DNA of 62,365 bases, filler included, from Aduncisulcus paluster (GCA_024181965.1; 8 parts of 8 records of this genome joined end to end with filler, not necessarily neighbours in it), one strand, 5' to 3'. Shown: positions 46,138 through 61,508, numbered from the whole stretch's first letter. Made by a program: numbers and translations. Notes: a model not told the origin generated them from the letters alone.

Positions 46138-46381
46138 GTGGATTTATGTCCAATATTTGTCTTCAACAGTGAGATATTATACTAGGATTCTTCTGATTTT
46201 TTATTCGCAAGAAATATCAATAATAAACACCTTTCCATCTTCCTCATGTGTCATGTTCTTCTTTTTTCAAGATGTTTTTCCCCCCCTTTATTATTTTGTG
46301 TGTGCAGATTCCTCACCTCCACAAATTGGTTTTTTCAGCACCAACAAAATTCCTTGTTTTCGTGTCAATTGGAACAATACC

Positions 46382-46912
46382 ATGGCAATCTTTTTTTCTG
46401 ATTTTAGTTTTGATGGCTTCTGGAAACCGTCATCGAAGGATTCTGGCGATATTTCCCTTTCTGATGAGCTTATAAAACGAACTGAAGCTCAGCTTGGTTT
46501 TAGACTTCCCGCATCGTATATCGAGTTTATGAAACTTCACAATGGTGGTATTCCAATCCGTGATTGCTTTTATTTGGATGATATCGACCTCTCATTTTTC
46601 ACTGAGACTGCTCGACAAATCTCTCGATTCTATCTTGAAGCTCCTTTTACTGTAGGTACCTTTTTCGGTATTAACGATTCCAAAAGTAATTCTCTTGTTC
46701 CAAAAAACAAGTATTTGATTCATGAAAGCAGATATCCCGCAACTGGAGTTTATATAAGTGAATCGTTCATGTTAGATTATGAAGGTTGTCAAATTGGAGA
46801 GGAGCCTCGTGTTGTTTATGTTTATTATCTACTATATTTCTGCCACAAGATTGCTGTTGCTAAAACTTTTGGAGAATTTGTTCGAAAGCTCAAGCCTCCC
46901 AAGCTTCCTTGA
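46382..46912 (+). CDS. SMI1/KNR4 (SUKH) family protein of bacterial type
   Basis: FDGFW...SDELIKRTEAQLGFRLPASYIEFMKLHNGGIP...CF...YPATGVYI...MLDYEGCQIGEEPRVVYV...IAVAKTFGEFVRKL is the SUKH pattern. 176 aa from the ATG at 46382. Confidence 0.85.
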   Translation: MAIFFSDFSFDGFWKPSSKDSGDISLSDELIKRTEAQLGFRLPASYIEFMKLHNGGIPIRDCFYLDDIDLSFFTETARQISRFYLEAPFTVGTFFGINDSKSNSLVPKNKYLIHESRYPATGVYISESFMLDYEGCQIGEEPRVVYVYYLLYFCHKIAVAKTFGEFVRKLKPPKLP

Positions 46913-47109
46913 GTTTATTATTATATTTATTTTATTTTTGTAAACGTATTGATGTAATATTTTATTAATGTCATTTTTGACGATTTTTGTTCTTTTTGAT
47001 TCCTCTTGGCCTATCCCGCCGAAGAAAACCACTTGAGGAACGGATGAAAAGAGATTTTAAGATTTTGGTTGTTTTTTCGAGATAGCAATAATAACCCACA
47101 AATTATATC

Positions 47110-47718
47110 ATGAATATAATTGCAACGTTACCTTTTCTTTATATATGTGATCTAATTGCATCATTAAGCGCTATGTTTGGACTATGGACTCTTGTTGCCC
47201 ATAAAGAGCTAGAAACATATTATTATATTTTTGGTATTAAGATGTTTCTTATTGGAAAGCCAGGATTCGTGTTTAAACTTATTCTATTATTCGCTCTTTG
47301 TGTTGCTTGTCTGGTCTTAACCATGAAAGGTGTTGAGATCCGAAAAGATGAATTGGAAAGTTTAGGTTGCTGTGGATCGATCGAAGCAACTTCTACATGT
47401 AATTTTACTGCATCTGGGGCACTTTTTTTATTATATTATGAATGGATACGCTGGCAAGCTGGTGATCTTGATGAGGATGTGGATACTTATTCTGAGACCT
47501 GGGAATACAAATTGCTTTTGGTGGGTTCTATAGCATGCTATGTATTTTCACTCTTGGGATTTCTCTTTAATGGTTGCAGTTCCAAGAAAAAGGAGGGAAA
47601 GGATCCTGCGATACAACCCATGACATCATCGCAAGCAGTACCGCCAGCATTTGGCAGTCTTCCTCAAGGTGACACCCAATATTATCCAAGTCCTGTTGGC
47701 TTTGGGTTACAAGTATGA
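47110..47718 (+). CDS. Small four-TM membrane protein with Pro/Gln-rich tail
   Basis: Four hydrophobic segments; tail PAIQPMTSSQAVPPAFG...YYPSP. Confidence 0.7.
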   Translation: MNIIATLPFLYICDLIASLSAMFGLWTLVAHKELETYYYIFGIKMFLIGKPGFVFKLILLFALCVACLVLTMKGVEIRKDELESLGCCGSIEATSTCNFTASGALFLLYYEWIRWQAGDLDEDVDTYSETWEYKLLLVGSIACYVFSLLGFLFNGCSSKKKEGKDPAIQPMTSSQAVPPAFGSLPQGDTQYYPSPVGFGLQV

Positions 47719-48272
47719 GACTCAGACTCAGACAGTCGGACTGAGCAGTCTCACAAGACTGTCTGTGACTGTCAATGTATTCAGCATTGGATTGAGCTGA
47801 AATAACTTCATCAACATTCATTAAAATCTAAAATGTTACCAATAAACAAGCCAATTATCAGAATATCCATTTCTTTTATTGATATTATGTAAAAATCATC
47901 TTTTTGGCCTCTCTCTTATCACTTACTCTCTTGTAACACTTTATCACGACCATTACTCCCTATTTATATATCTTTTTAACCGTTAACTTCCCATTATTCC
48001 TTACCATTGTATCATCTCCCTGAAAATGTTCTCTATCCATATCAAATGATCATTTATGTGTTCATCCATATTTTATTTTCGTAATATCTTCCATATTCTA
48101 CCCAGCTTTCAAATGCCCTTTTGTCCAGATAAGTCAGAAATCCCCACTTACTCGGATCAAACACTTTTGTTTCCCTATTCATGTTCTGAGATGACATTGT
48201 TCGCTCACAATTTTGTTTTTGTTTCCCTTTTTTTGTTACCATCGTTAATATAAAATATCTTAAATTCACAAT

Positions 48273-48725
<453 letters not shown>

Positions 48726-50608
48726 GCATTATTCTTTCTGAAGATGAAGATTCATACTACAAATTTCTTTCTCGACAATTCAAGCATTTATAACAATAGT
48801 TATGTGTTGTATGATCTATGATATTCAACTTATATATATATATATATATTTATATCATATCACATAATATGTATCATAAACATATAACGTAAACATATAC
48901 CATCCAACGATAGAAACATATGTTCTGACCCATGACAGACTAACTCATACAATTCTAACTCATACCATTCTCAGCTCTCACCCTCCACGATATAGTACGT
49001 TGTACACCATTCTTATCTCTGTCTATCTCACTGAGAGGATCTCTGGCATAGATACAATGAAACACATTCAAGGCACTTTCGAATATCACACATTCAAGGC
49101 ACTTTCGAATATCACAAACAATAAAAGCCTTTCTCGGTTTTTTTTCCTTATTCCAGGGTCTCTACGGTCATTTGAGAAACATGGAGCAGACAAACTTGGT
49201 TTTGGTAACAAATCTATCAATTCTATATTCTATTTGGCTCATCATTTTTGTCTACTATATTATATACCATTATTCTTTCCGTTGTATATTCATTTATTCC
49301 ATTCTAATCTGTTAATTGATGGTTTGTCCCTTTAGAAGCTTATTGGGGTTGTTTAATGGTATACATTTATTTCATTTAACATATATACTACATTTATTAC
49401 CTTTATTATACCCAGAGCCTATTCGTATTCTTTGAATTTCTATCCAAAAAGGAACAGAAGTCATAGACACACCAATGAGTTCATAGAGAACAATTAAAAT
49501 GATGGAACCAGAGTTTATTCATAAAGTTTTTAATTTAACCTATGGATGCTGTCCAATTCATCAAGATTCTCCCAATATTCAGGCTCCATCCGGATTGTGT
49601 TCAAGTATATCAAAGCCATGGCGGAACGAAAGAAGAAGGTGATAAAACGTGCACGACCGAGGATATGAAGAATCTTTTGGTAGAGATTATATTCCCATTC
49701 CATGTGATGACATGATAATCCAAAGGCTGTAAGATCCTTCATTCTCGATGGTTTAGTGCAAAGATGATTCGGTTAGGAAGGAATCTCAGTGGAATAGTCA
49801 GAGTTCACGTGCATAAGAATACATTTGCATGAGTTTTCCTCCCCTTATTTTAACAAATCCCAAGGAAAGTGAAATTATTGAACGATAATCTCTTTTGATC
49901 TCAGTTGTTTCTTATTTTTTTGGCCCAATTATTTTTGTCTCCCATATATTCTCTCTCCTTTCAAAATGACTTGATTTAAGGATTAAACTTGACTTCTTTC
50001 ACATAACGGTAGCCGTAACAATACCCTCAAATAAGCAAGCAAAGATATTCAAGAAGACTGATCACCAATGCCATTGTTACTGTCACCCATCGAGGTCAAG
50101 TTCACCACCATCATGAACCAGGTTCGCACTGACAATCTCATTGACTACCTCATTCTCCACACTTGCTGGTCCCATATTCGTCCCCAACGTCAATGTTCTG
50201 GGTTGTTGAAGGCCGATGTTGAAATTCTTGTTGACACCTCATGCACGACTGCTGTAATCAAGACCACAGAAGAGGAGATCGAAGAAGCCCAATGCTAGCT
50301 CCATCCACACCGGTTTGCAAGCCGAACTTCTTGTTGAATGCTGGTATTAATGCTGGATAGAGTATGGATGTCATCTCATCTCAATGTTCTCACTATCAAG
50401 AAACTTCACAGTCCGATGAAGCTCTCCTCATTGACACTATCCCTGAAGATGTACAAACGCTACTTTGATTGATTTTTCCATGTGTGAGGTCAATAGTAAG
50501 TATCTTCTTCGCAAACAAGAGCGATATTGATGTAGAACTTTTATTGAGGATTTTTTTTTCGTAGCATAAAGATCTATTACATTATACCAGACAACAATGA
50601 TCAGTGGT

Positions 50609-53213
50609 TCATTTTTTACAATTTCTTGAGAACATTGTATACGTAAAATCCCAACCCCCATTATTCTTGCACCACACCATGTTGGCATCATATTTGGGAG
50701 ATATGCGAGGAACAAGAGATGGAACAGTGGAGAGCATGGAAATGAGTCTGGACCATAATATGATTCCTGATTTATGTTCTTCCTTCTTTATAACTCTATA
50801 CCACCCGTCAAGAAGATCTTTAACATTATCATAGATTTCAACAGCATGTGATGGATCACAACATAAGTTGGAGAAGAACCATAAAACCCTTTCATGATTA
50901 TCCCCAACAATCTTATCCCCAACAAACTCTCTCTTAACAACATCAAGAACAGGGTGGAAGAGGGGCCAGGTTTCAGAACAGATGGATTTGTAGGGTGTTT
51001 CATCATCACTTGAGAGGGTGATTTGTGATAGAATAACCATCCATCTTCCATAACACTCACTATCATTGTATATCCTCAACCAATCTCTGATATATGGTTT
51101 AATGAGGGTGAAAATAGAGGATCGAGTGGAAGAAGAGGGAGAATTAGAGATGTTTCTGAGAGTTATTAATAAATTTGAATCAACATAACCTCCCAACTTC
51201 TTCTTACTATCACTTCCTCTCTCAAGAATACGTTGAAAAGTGGGGGAGATCTTTGGAAGGAAGGAATCTAAAATATCAACTTTGACAGTATAACTCACAC
51301 AAATACAACAATACTCTTCATCAACATCTCCTTCCAACACTTCCTCACATCTTGATAGATGACCAATGAAAGTGTCAATGAGATCATTCAGATCAGGAGT
51401 AGGGAGATAGATATCATTTCCAGAAATAACATGTTCAACAAACCATCTTAAACACTGAGCACAAAGAACAATCTCTCTCTTGTGCTCTTCAATCTTACTC
51501 TTTGATTGGAATGCAAGGAAGACAGAAAGAATCGCATCTCGATGTTCATGATAGAGTTTGGAAGTGGATTCTGAGTCAGGGGATTTCTTGATAGATTCAA
51601 CTAATCCTAACCATTTCTTTAAAGATATATAACAATTACCAAGATATCTTGAATAATCTTCACCCCAACCCCCATTATTCTTGCACCACACCATGTCAGC
51701 ATCATATTTGGGGGATATGTGAGGAACAAGAGATGGAACAGTGGAGAGCATGGAAATGAAATGGGACCAGTATTTGGTTCCCCACTTACCATCATCTTTC
51801 CCTTCTTCACTCTTCTTCTTTATCATCTCAAACCAACCATCAAGAAGACCATCTTTAATACAATAATACACTTCAATGGCTTGGAAAGGAATACAACTCA
51901 AGTTAGTAAAGAACCACAAACAACGAATTACAGCATCATCATCAAATGTAATACCTTTGGAAGCAGTATCCTTAATCACATCCAAGACAGGATGGAACAA
52001 AAACCAGAGTTGTGAGGAACGATCTTTATGAGGGGTGATGTTATCTTTATCATTTGTGATATTTTTCAAGATGTTTGTCCAATGCAGAAAGAACTTCTTG
52101 TCAGGATACTTCTTCATCCAAGGTAAGATGTGAGGGAGAAGAAGGGATAAAAGAGAGTTCTTGGTGGGATCATCTTTGGCAAATGCAATGTGTCGACATG
52201 TTTGAAGGATATCCTCAATAAAAGAATCTTCAAATTTCTTGGATAGGCCGAGAATAAACATCTTGGAGATGAGGGAAGAGATTTGGGGGAAAATAGAAAT
52301 ACAAAGGGATAGAACATGAAATGTAGAGTTGTCAATTATCCTAAACAATAACATTGTGATAGAATTCACCACAGCTTCACTAGTTCTACCTTCTTCTTCT
52401 TCTTCTTCTTTCACTCTCAGAATATTTTCAACTTTGATCATTGAAGGCAAGAAAGTGTCAATAATGTTCTTGATGGAAGAACTATCCAGAATAACCTCAA
52501 TATAATCCTCATCTTCCTTCAAAGTCCCATCTCCTTTTGGAACTTTATGCTTCACAAACAAGGACAAACATTCGAAACAAAGCTCAAAGAGATCTATATT
52601 GGATGTGATAGCAGAGGGTGAAGAAGAACTGAATTCATCAAAGATAGCCTTGAGACGAGGATATGATTCTTTGTAAAGGGATGTGATGGCAGGCTTAGAC
52701 TCAGTTCTTTTGATTGACATAATCAAGGACTGTAATTCTGATTCTGTCTTCCTCACATTATCTGTTTTGAGTTCTTCTCTCTTCCTCTTCTCTTCTTCTC
52801 TCTTTAATCTCAGTTTCAAGGCCTCGACTTCTTTGGCTTGACGATCAACTTCTTTCCTCAATTGTTCTTCTTTTGAAGCACTTGAACTTGCACTTGATGT
52901 TTTGGATTCAGGACGACTCAAACTCAAACCAACATCCCAATTTGGTTTTAACACAACACTTTGAATTGAATCATCTTCCTCAACAATGCATCCAGAATCA
53001 CCTTTATGCTTGGCAAGCTGAGCCTTCACAATATCGTCAATGGATGGACATTCCCACCCTTCTCCAATCTTTGGAAGAAGAGGTTTGATGGATTGAACTT
53101 TCTTGCAGGCTTCATGAACACTCATACGTTCATCAATGTCAATCTTTGTCAATCCTTCGAATATTTCATTCAGACAGGAATAAACAGGCACAAACTTACC
53201 GCCTTTAATGGTT
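50609..53213 (-). CDS. Kinase-associated helical (ARM/HEAT-like) repeat protein, version A (two repeat units), 5' truncated at gap
   Basis: Kinase C-lobe end (LTKIDIDERMSVHEAC), coiled coil, then repeats ending LSTVPSLVPxISPKYDxxMxWCKNNGG. Confidence 0.8.
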
Positions 53214-53233
53214 NNNNNNNNNNNNNNNNNNNN

Positions 53234-53656
<423 letters not shown>

Positions 53657-55621
53657 GCATTATTCTTTCTGAAGATGAAGATTCATACTACAAATTTCTT
53701 ACTCGACAATTCAAGCATTTATAACAATAGTTATGTGTTGTATGATCTATGATATTCAACTTATATATATATATATATATTTATATCATATCACATAATA
53801 TGTATCATAAACATATAACGTAAACATATACCATCCAACGATAGAAACATATGTTCTGACCCATGACAGACTAACTCATACAATTCTAACTCATACCATT
53901 CTCAGCTCTCACCCTCCACGATATAGTACGTTGTACACCATTCTTATCTCTGTCTATCTCTCTCTCTCACTGAGAGGATACAATGAAACACATTCAAGGC
54001 ACTTTCGAATATCACACATTCAAGGCACTTTCGAATATCACAAACAATAAAAGCCTTTCTCGGTTTTTTTTCCTTATTCCAGGGTCTCTACGGTCATTTG
54101 AGAAACATGGACAGACAAACTTGGTTTTGGTAACAATCTATCAATTCTATATTCTATTTGGCTCATCATTTTTGTCTACTATATTATATACCATTATTCT
54201 TTCCGTTGTATATTCATTTATTCCATTCTAATCTGTTAATTGATGGTTTGTCCCTTTAGAAGCTTATTGGGGTTGTTTAATGGTATACATTTATTTCATT
54301 TAACATATATACTACATTTATTACCTTTATTATACCCAGAGCCTATTCGTATTCTTTGAATTTCTATCCAAAAAGGAACAGAAGTCATAGACACACCAAT
54401 GAGTTCATAGAGTACAATTCAAATGATGGAACCAGAGTTTATTCATAAAGTTTATAATTTAACTTATGGATGCTGTCCAATTCATCAAGATTCTCCCAAT
54501 ATTCAGGCTCCATCTGGATTGTGTTCAAGTATATCAAAGCCACGGTGGAACGAAAGAAGAAGGCGATAAAACGAGCACGACCGAGGATATGAAGAATCTT
54601 TTGGTAGAGATTATATTCCCATTCCATGTGATGACATGATAATCCAAAGGCTGTAAGATCCTTCATTCTCAATGGTTTAGTGCAAAGATGATTCGGTTAG
54701 GAAGGAATCTCAGTGGAATAGTCAGAGTTCACGTGCATAAGAATACATTTGCATGAGTTTTCCTCCCCTTATTTTAACAAAGCCCGAGGAAAGTGAAATT
54801 ATTGAATGATTATCTCTTTTGATCTCAGTTGTTTCTTATTTTTTTGACCCAGTTATTTTTGTCTCCCATATATTATCTCTCTCTCTTTTCAAAATAACTT
54901 GATTTAAGGATTAAACTTGACTTCTTTCACATAACGGTAGCCGTAACAATACCCTCAAATAAGCAAGCAAAGATGTATACTGATCTCAAATCACTATCTG
55001 CTGGCAATGACATTGTCTTTGGTATCATCTTCATAGATGGTGGTCATGCTTGTCAATCTCACTAAGCTCATTATCAAGCTTGGAGGTGAACCCAACTCAA
55101 GAAGATGTTCAAGAAGACTGATCACCAATGCCATACAATCTCATTGACTACCTCATTCTCCACACTTGCTGGTCCCCATATTCGTCCCCAACGTCAATGT
55201 CCTGGGTTGTTGAAGGCCGATGTTGAAATTCTTGTTGACACCTCATACACGACTGCTGTAATCAAGACCACAGAAGAGGAGATCGAAGAAGCCCAATGCT
55301 AGCTCCATCCACACCGGTTTGCAAGCCGAACTTCTTGTTGAATGCTGGTATTAATGCTGGATAGAGTATGGATGTCATCTCATCTCAATGTTCTCACTAT
55401 CAAGAAACTTCACAGTCCGATGAAGCTCTCCTCATTGACACTATCCCTGAAGATGTACAAACGCTACTTTGATTGATTTTTCCATGTGTGAGGTCAATAG
55501 TAAGTATCTTCTTCGCAAACAAGAGCGATATTGATGTAGAACTTTTATTGAGGATTTTTTTTTCGTAGCATAAAGATCTAATAGATCTATTGCATTGTAA
55601 CAGACAACAACGATCAGTGGT

Positions 55622-58600
55622 TCATTTTTTACAATTTCTTGAGAACATTGTATACGTAAAATTCCAACCCCCATTATTCTTGCACCACACCATGTTGTTA
55701 TCATATTTGGGAGATATGCGAGGAACAAGAGATGGAACAGTGGAGAGCATGGAAATGAGTCTGGACCAGAATATGATTCCAAAATTATGTTCTTTCTTCT
55801 TTATAACTGTAAACCACCCATCAAGCAGATCCTTAACATTATCATAGACTTCAAGAGCATGTGATGAATCACAACATAAGTTGGAGAAGAACCATAAAAC
55901 CCTTTCATGATTATCCCCAACAATCTTATCACCAATAAACTCTCTCTTAACAACATCAAGAACAGGGTGGAAGAGTGGCCAAGCTTCAGAACAGAGGGAT
56001 TTGTTGGAGAGAGTTTCATCATCTCTTGAGACGGTGATATTTGCAAGAATACCCATCCATCCTCCATAAGACTTACTATCATTGTATATCCTCAACCAAT
56101 CTCTGATATATGGTTTGATTAGGGCGAGAATAGAGGAATGAGTTGAAGGAGAGGGAAAAGGAGAGATGTTTTGAAAAGTTTGGTTTAAATCCTGAGCAAC
56201 TTTACCTCCCAACTTCTCCTTACTTCCTCTCTCAAGAATACGTTGGAAAGTGGGAGAGATCTTTGGAAGGAAGGAATCTCTTTTATCTTTAACTTTGAAA
56301 GTGTAACTCACACAAATACTACAATACTCTCCATCAACATCTCCTTCCAACACTTCCTCACATCTTGATAGATGACCAATGAAAGTGTCAATGAGATCAT
56401 TCAGATCAGGAGTAGGGAGATAGATATTATTTTCAGAAATAACATGTGTACCAAACCATCTTAAACACTGAGCACAAAGAACAATCTCTCTCTTGTGCTT
56501 TTCAATCTTACTCTTTGATTGGAATGCAAGGAAGATAGAAAGAATCGCATCTCGATGTTCACGGTAGAGTTTGGAAGTGGATTCTGAGTCAGGGTATTTC
56601 AAGATAGTTGCAACTAATTCTGACCATTTCTTCAGAGAAGGATAGCAGTTACCAAGATATCTTGAATAATCTCCAGCAAGAACTCCATTATTCTTGCACC
56701 ATTCCATGTCAGCATCATATTTGGGAGATATGTAAGGAACAAGAGATGGAACAGTGGAGAGCATGGAAATGAGATGGCACCAGCATTTAATTCCCCTCTC
56801 ATGTTCTTTCCTTTTTATAACTGTAAACCACCCATCAAGAAGATCTTTCACATTATCATAGATTTCAACAGTATGTGATGGATCACAACATAGCTTGGAG
56901 AAGAATGATAAAACTCTTTCATGATCATCCTCAACAATCGTATCACCAATAAACTCTCTCTTGACAACATTAAGAATAGGGTGGAAGAGAGACCAGGCTT
57001 CAGAACAGAGGGATTTGTTGGGGGATTTGTTATCACTTAAGAGGGCGATAAATGATAGAATATACATCCATCTTCCATAACACTTACTATCGTTGTATAT
57101 CCTCAACCAATCTCTGATATATGGTTTGATTAGGGTGAGAATAGAGGATCGAGTGGAAGAAGAGGGAGAGATGGAGATGTTGAAGAGAGTTTTTAATAAA
57201 TCTAGAGCAACATCTCCTCCCAACTTCTCCTTACTTCCTCTCTCAAGAATACGTTTGAGAGCGGGAGAGATCTTTGGAAGGAAGGAATCTCTTTCATCTT
57301 CAACTTTGAAAGTATAACTCACACAAATACTACAATACTCTTCATCAACATCTCCTTCCAACACTTCCTCACATCTTGATAGATGACCAATGAAAGTGTC
57401 AATGAGATCATTCAGATCAGGAGTAGGGAGATAGATATCATTTCCAGAAATAACATGTACAACAAACCATCCTAAACACTGAGCACAAAGAACAATCTCT
57501 CTCTTGTGCTTTTCAACCTCACTCTTTGATTGGAATGCAAGAAAGACAGAAAGAATCGCATCTCGATGTTCACGGTAGAGTTTGGATTTTGATTTTGAAT
57601 CAGGGGATTTCATGATTGTTTCAACTAATTTTGACCATTTCTTCAGAGAAGGATAGCAATTACCAAGATATCTTGAATAATCTCCATCAAAAACTCCATT
57701 ATTCTTGCACCATACCATGTTGTTATCATATTTGGGAGATATGTAAGGAACAAGAGATGGAACAATGGAGAGCATGGAAATGAAATGGGACCAGTATTTG
57801 GATCCCCAATTACCATCATCTTTCCCTTCTTCACTCTTCTTCTTTATCATCTCAAACCAACCATCAAGAAGACCATCTTTAATACAATAATACACTTCAA
57901 TGGCTTGGAAAGGAATACAACTCAAGTTAGCGAAGAACCACAAACAACGAATTACAGCATCATCATCAAATGTAATACCTTTGGAAGAAGTGTCCTTAAT
58001 CACATCCAAGACAGGATGGAACACAAACCAGAGTTGTGAGGAACGATCTTTATGAGGGTCGGTGTTATCTTTATCACTTGTGATGTTCTTCAAGATGTTT
58101 GTCCACAAGAAAAAGAACTTCTTGTCAGGATACTTCTTCATCCAAGGTAAGATGTGAGGGAGAAGAAGGGATAAAAGAGAGTTCTTGGTGGGATCATCTG
58201 TGGCAAATGCAATATTTCTGCATATTTGAAGGATATCCTCAATAAAAGGATCTTCAAATTTCTTGGATAGGGCAAGAGATATTATTTTGGAGAGGAGGGA
58301 AGAAATTTGTAGGAAAATAGTTGGAGAAAGCGATTGTTCATGAAATGTAGAAACAACAATTATCCTGAACAATAACATTGATATAGAATTCACTCCAACC
58401 TCATCGGTTCCACCTTCTTCTTCCTCTCCTTCTTTCACTCTCAGAATATTTTCAACTCGGATCATTGAAGGCAAGAAAGTGTCAATAATGTTCTTGATGG
58501 AAGAACTATCCAGAATAACCTCAATATCATCCTCATCTTCCTTCAAAGTCCCATCTCCTTTTGTAACTTTATGCTTCACGAACAAGGACAAACATTCGAA

Positions 58601-60273
58601 ACAAAGCTCAAAGAGATCTATATTGGATGTGATAGCAGATGGTGAAGAAGAAGTGAATTCATCAAAGATAGCCTTGAGACGAGGATATGATTCTTTGTAA
58701 AGGGATGTGATGGCAGGCTGAGACTCAGTTATTTTGATTGACATAATCAAGGACTTTAATTCTGATTCTGTCTTCCTCACATTATCTGACTTGAGTTCTT
58801 CTCTCTTCCTCTTCTCTTCTTCTCTCTTTAATCTCAGTTTCAAGGCCTCGACTTCTTTGGCTTGACGATCAACTTCTTTCCTCAATTGTTCTTCTTTTGA
58901 AGCACTTGAACTTGCACTTGATGTTTTGGATTCAGGACGACTCAAACTCAAACCAACATCCCAATTTGGTTTTAACACAACACTTTGAATTGAATCATCT
59001 TCCTCAACAATGCATCCAGAATCACCTTTATGCTTGGCAAGCTGAGCCTTCACAATATCGTCAATGGATGGACATTCCCACCCTTCTCCAATCTTTGGAA
59101 GAAGAGGTTTGATGGATTGAACTTTCTTGCAGGCTTCATGAACACTCATACGTTCATCAATGTCAATCTTTGTCAATCCTTCGAATATTTCATTCAGACA
59201 GGAATAAACAGGCACAAACTTACCGCCTTTAATGGTTTTCAAGGTTTTAAAAAGACGGGATTTGGAGAGTTTTGGACCCATTCCCTTTGAAATGAGATCA
59301 CTAAGCTCTTTAACATATTCTATCGGGGAATCAATCCATTGTAACACAGGATGCTGAAGGAAAGGATCTGCCCTTGAACATGGCAAGGATAGTCACCGAG
59401 TGAGTAAGCATCGCTCTCTTGACTTTGATCTCCTTCAAGAGCTTCACAGGAGTTGTACACAAGTGTGCCACAGATGGAGCGTTTGTTTGGATTTGTTTTA
59501 TCTTCTTTGTTCAGACTTGGATATATCAACAAAGCTCTTGGAAGTCGTGGAAGAGGAGATGGAGTCTTGGATCTGAGCAAGACCGAGATCAGAGAGAACA
59601 ATGGCGCAATCGATCGTCTTGGGTTCAACACGAACAAGGAAGTTGTCAGGCTTAATGTCTCGGTGAATAAGGTCGGGCTTAGCTTTGAACACTTCGGAAA
59701 GGCACTCGATCATTCCAACACACAATGCACTCACTCTCAGAGGATCAAGAGTCATGGGGTCAATGCGAGGAGCTTGAATCAGAGTCAGAGTCAGACTTGA
59801 ATCGGAGTCAGAGTCAGAGCTTGAGTCTTCAGATTCAGCTAGGAGCTTGAACATCCACGTCCATACTTGCCTCCAAACACCAACTCCTGGAAAAGTCTTT
59901 CACACTGCCTCCATACAAAACTCCATGCAAAACCCATACACCCTTTGTATCCTCGTCAAGAAGGTCAAGATGTAGATGGGGCGAGGGATACGGTTGAAAC
60001 ATTTGGGATTCATGAACAGCTTCACTTGGATCTTGAATTCCTTGCGACACGCTTTGATCACGTTCTTATCACCAACTTGTACCAGTTTCTTCAGAACACA
60101 TGGTTGAGAAACACCGTCAATACTCACAATGTAAACGGCCCCGAACCCACCTTTGCCACAGAAACACCTGCACCTTATAACTGACGCAAAAGTGAGATCT
60201 TGTCGTCACGTTTACGTTTGTGCCCAGATTTCGAGGATTTTGAAGCTTTAGAAGTAGATTTGTCTTTACCCAT
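55622..60273 (-). CDS. Ser/Thr kinase + coiled coil + three helical repeat units, version B; kinase part frameshifted
   Basis: ATG at 60273 (MGKDKSTS). Kinase motifs lie in successive frames: GKGGFGAVY, CVLKK, FCMEFC, IHRDIKPDNFL, SDLGL, CGTLVYNSCEAL, SDAYSLG. A 1254-aa open frame follows, with a 1011-bp repeat period. Confidence 0.8.
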
Positions 60274-61467
60274 TGTAGAAAACGGAATAAACAACCAACC
60301 AACCAATGAAAGATAGCAATGGTCTTAAAGTGTACAAATTACAATCGAATAAATGATAAAGATGCGATTGACCAGACTAGGAATGCAATAGAAGGATGGT
60401 GAGGAATAACAAAGAGATAAATAAAAAAGAACGAAAGGGAAACAAGTAATATTTTCATGAATTGGGGAAACATATTGATACCGAGTCAAACACAAATTAT
60501 TCCCTCGTAATTGTAACGAAAAGGGCTGGTCTTTCAGCTTCAAATTCTGTCGTTAATGATCTTGCGAGGTTCATGTGCTCGTCGTTTGAAAGCACAATAT
60601 TTGGAACAGTATGATATAAAATTTTGGATAGTATTGGAATTATCCCTTGTTGACATCAAAGAATCGAAAAGTCGCCATTTGGATGGCATCATGACATATC
60701 CTTGGAGATACAATGGGATAAAATAATTCTTTTTATCTTCCACGAGTTCATTTTACCCCCATCTACTTTGAAGCTATTGCAAACATGGCATCTTTGAGCG
60801 ATTCGATTTATTTCAATAGTTAATAACTAAAATCGTTATTCATAAGTTTTTTACAATCTTTAAACAAACAAATTCGGCCATGATAGACTTGATAGGACCA
60901 TTATTGATTCATTTCTCCTTTTTGGTGAGACTACGATGCGTTCCGAGCCGTTCTATCAACATTTGTCCAATATTTATTACCAATTATATTGACCGGGCAG
61001 TAATTTGTAATGTTATAATGGATGCAATGATAAAGTTTATTTCTCTTCTTTGTAATATTTGCCAAAGACTATCTAAGTAAGGCCCTTACTTCTGATCTAT
61101 CTGATCTATCTGTGATGTTGGCAACGTTGCATTATTATTATCCATTCAAGCCCTGAATGTCTGTTGCAACAGACTCTGTAGGCTGACTGTGAATAATAAG
61201 AATAGCCCGTACATCCTTACATTGGTCATACTCAGGGCCTATCATAGCAAGGAAGCAGGAACAAGGAAAGAACCAAGAAGCACCGAGAAGCACTGTCATA
61301 TCAAGAGATAGAGTATAGTAAAAGAGGTGGGATGGATGGTTTATATATGACATATGATGTTGACCTGGATACAAATGCTCATATGTGTATATACATATAT
61401 ATGTGTGTGTGACAATAGATGACAAGGAGCACCAGGAGAACATGCAATAATCATGCAGTAACCAGGC

Positions 61468-61508
61468 CATAATTAGAGCATAATTAGAGCATAATTAGAG
61501 CATAATTA
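61468..61508. repeat. 11-bp tandem repeat CATAATTAGAG, about 3.7 copies, overlapping a stop codon
   Basis: Directly visible. Confidence 0.85.
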
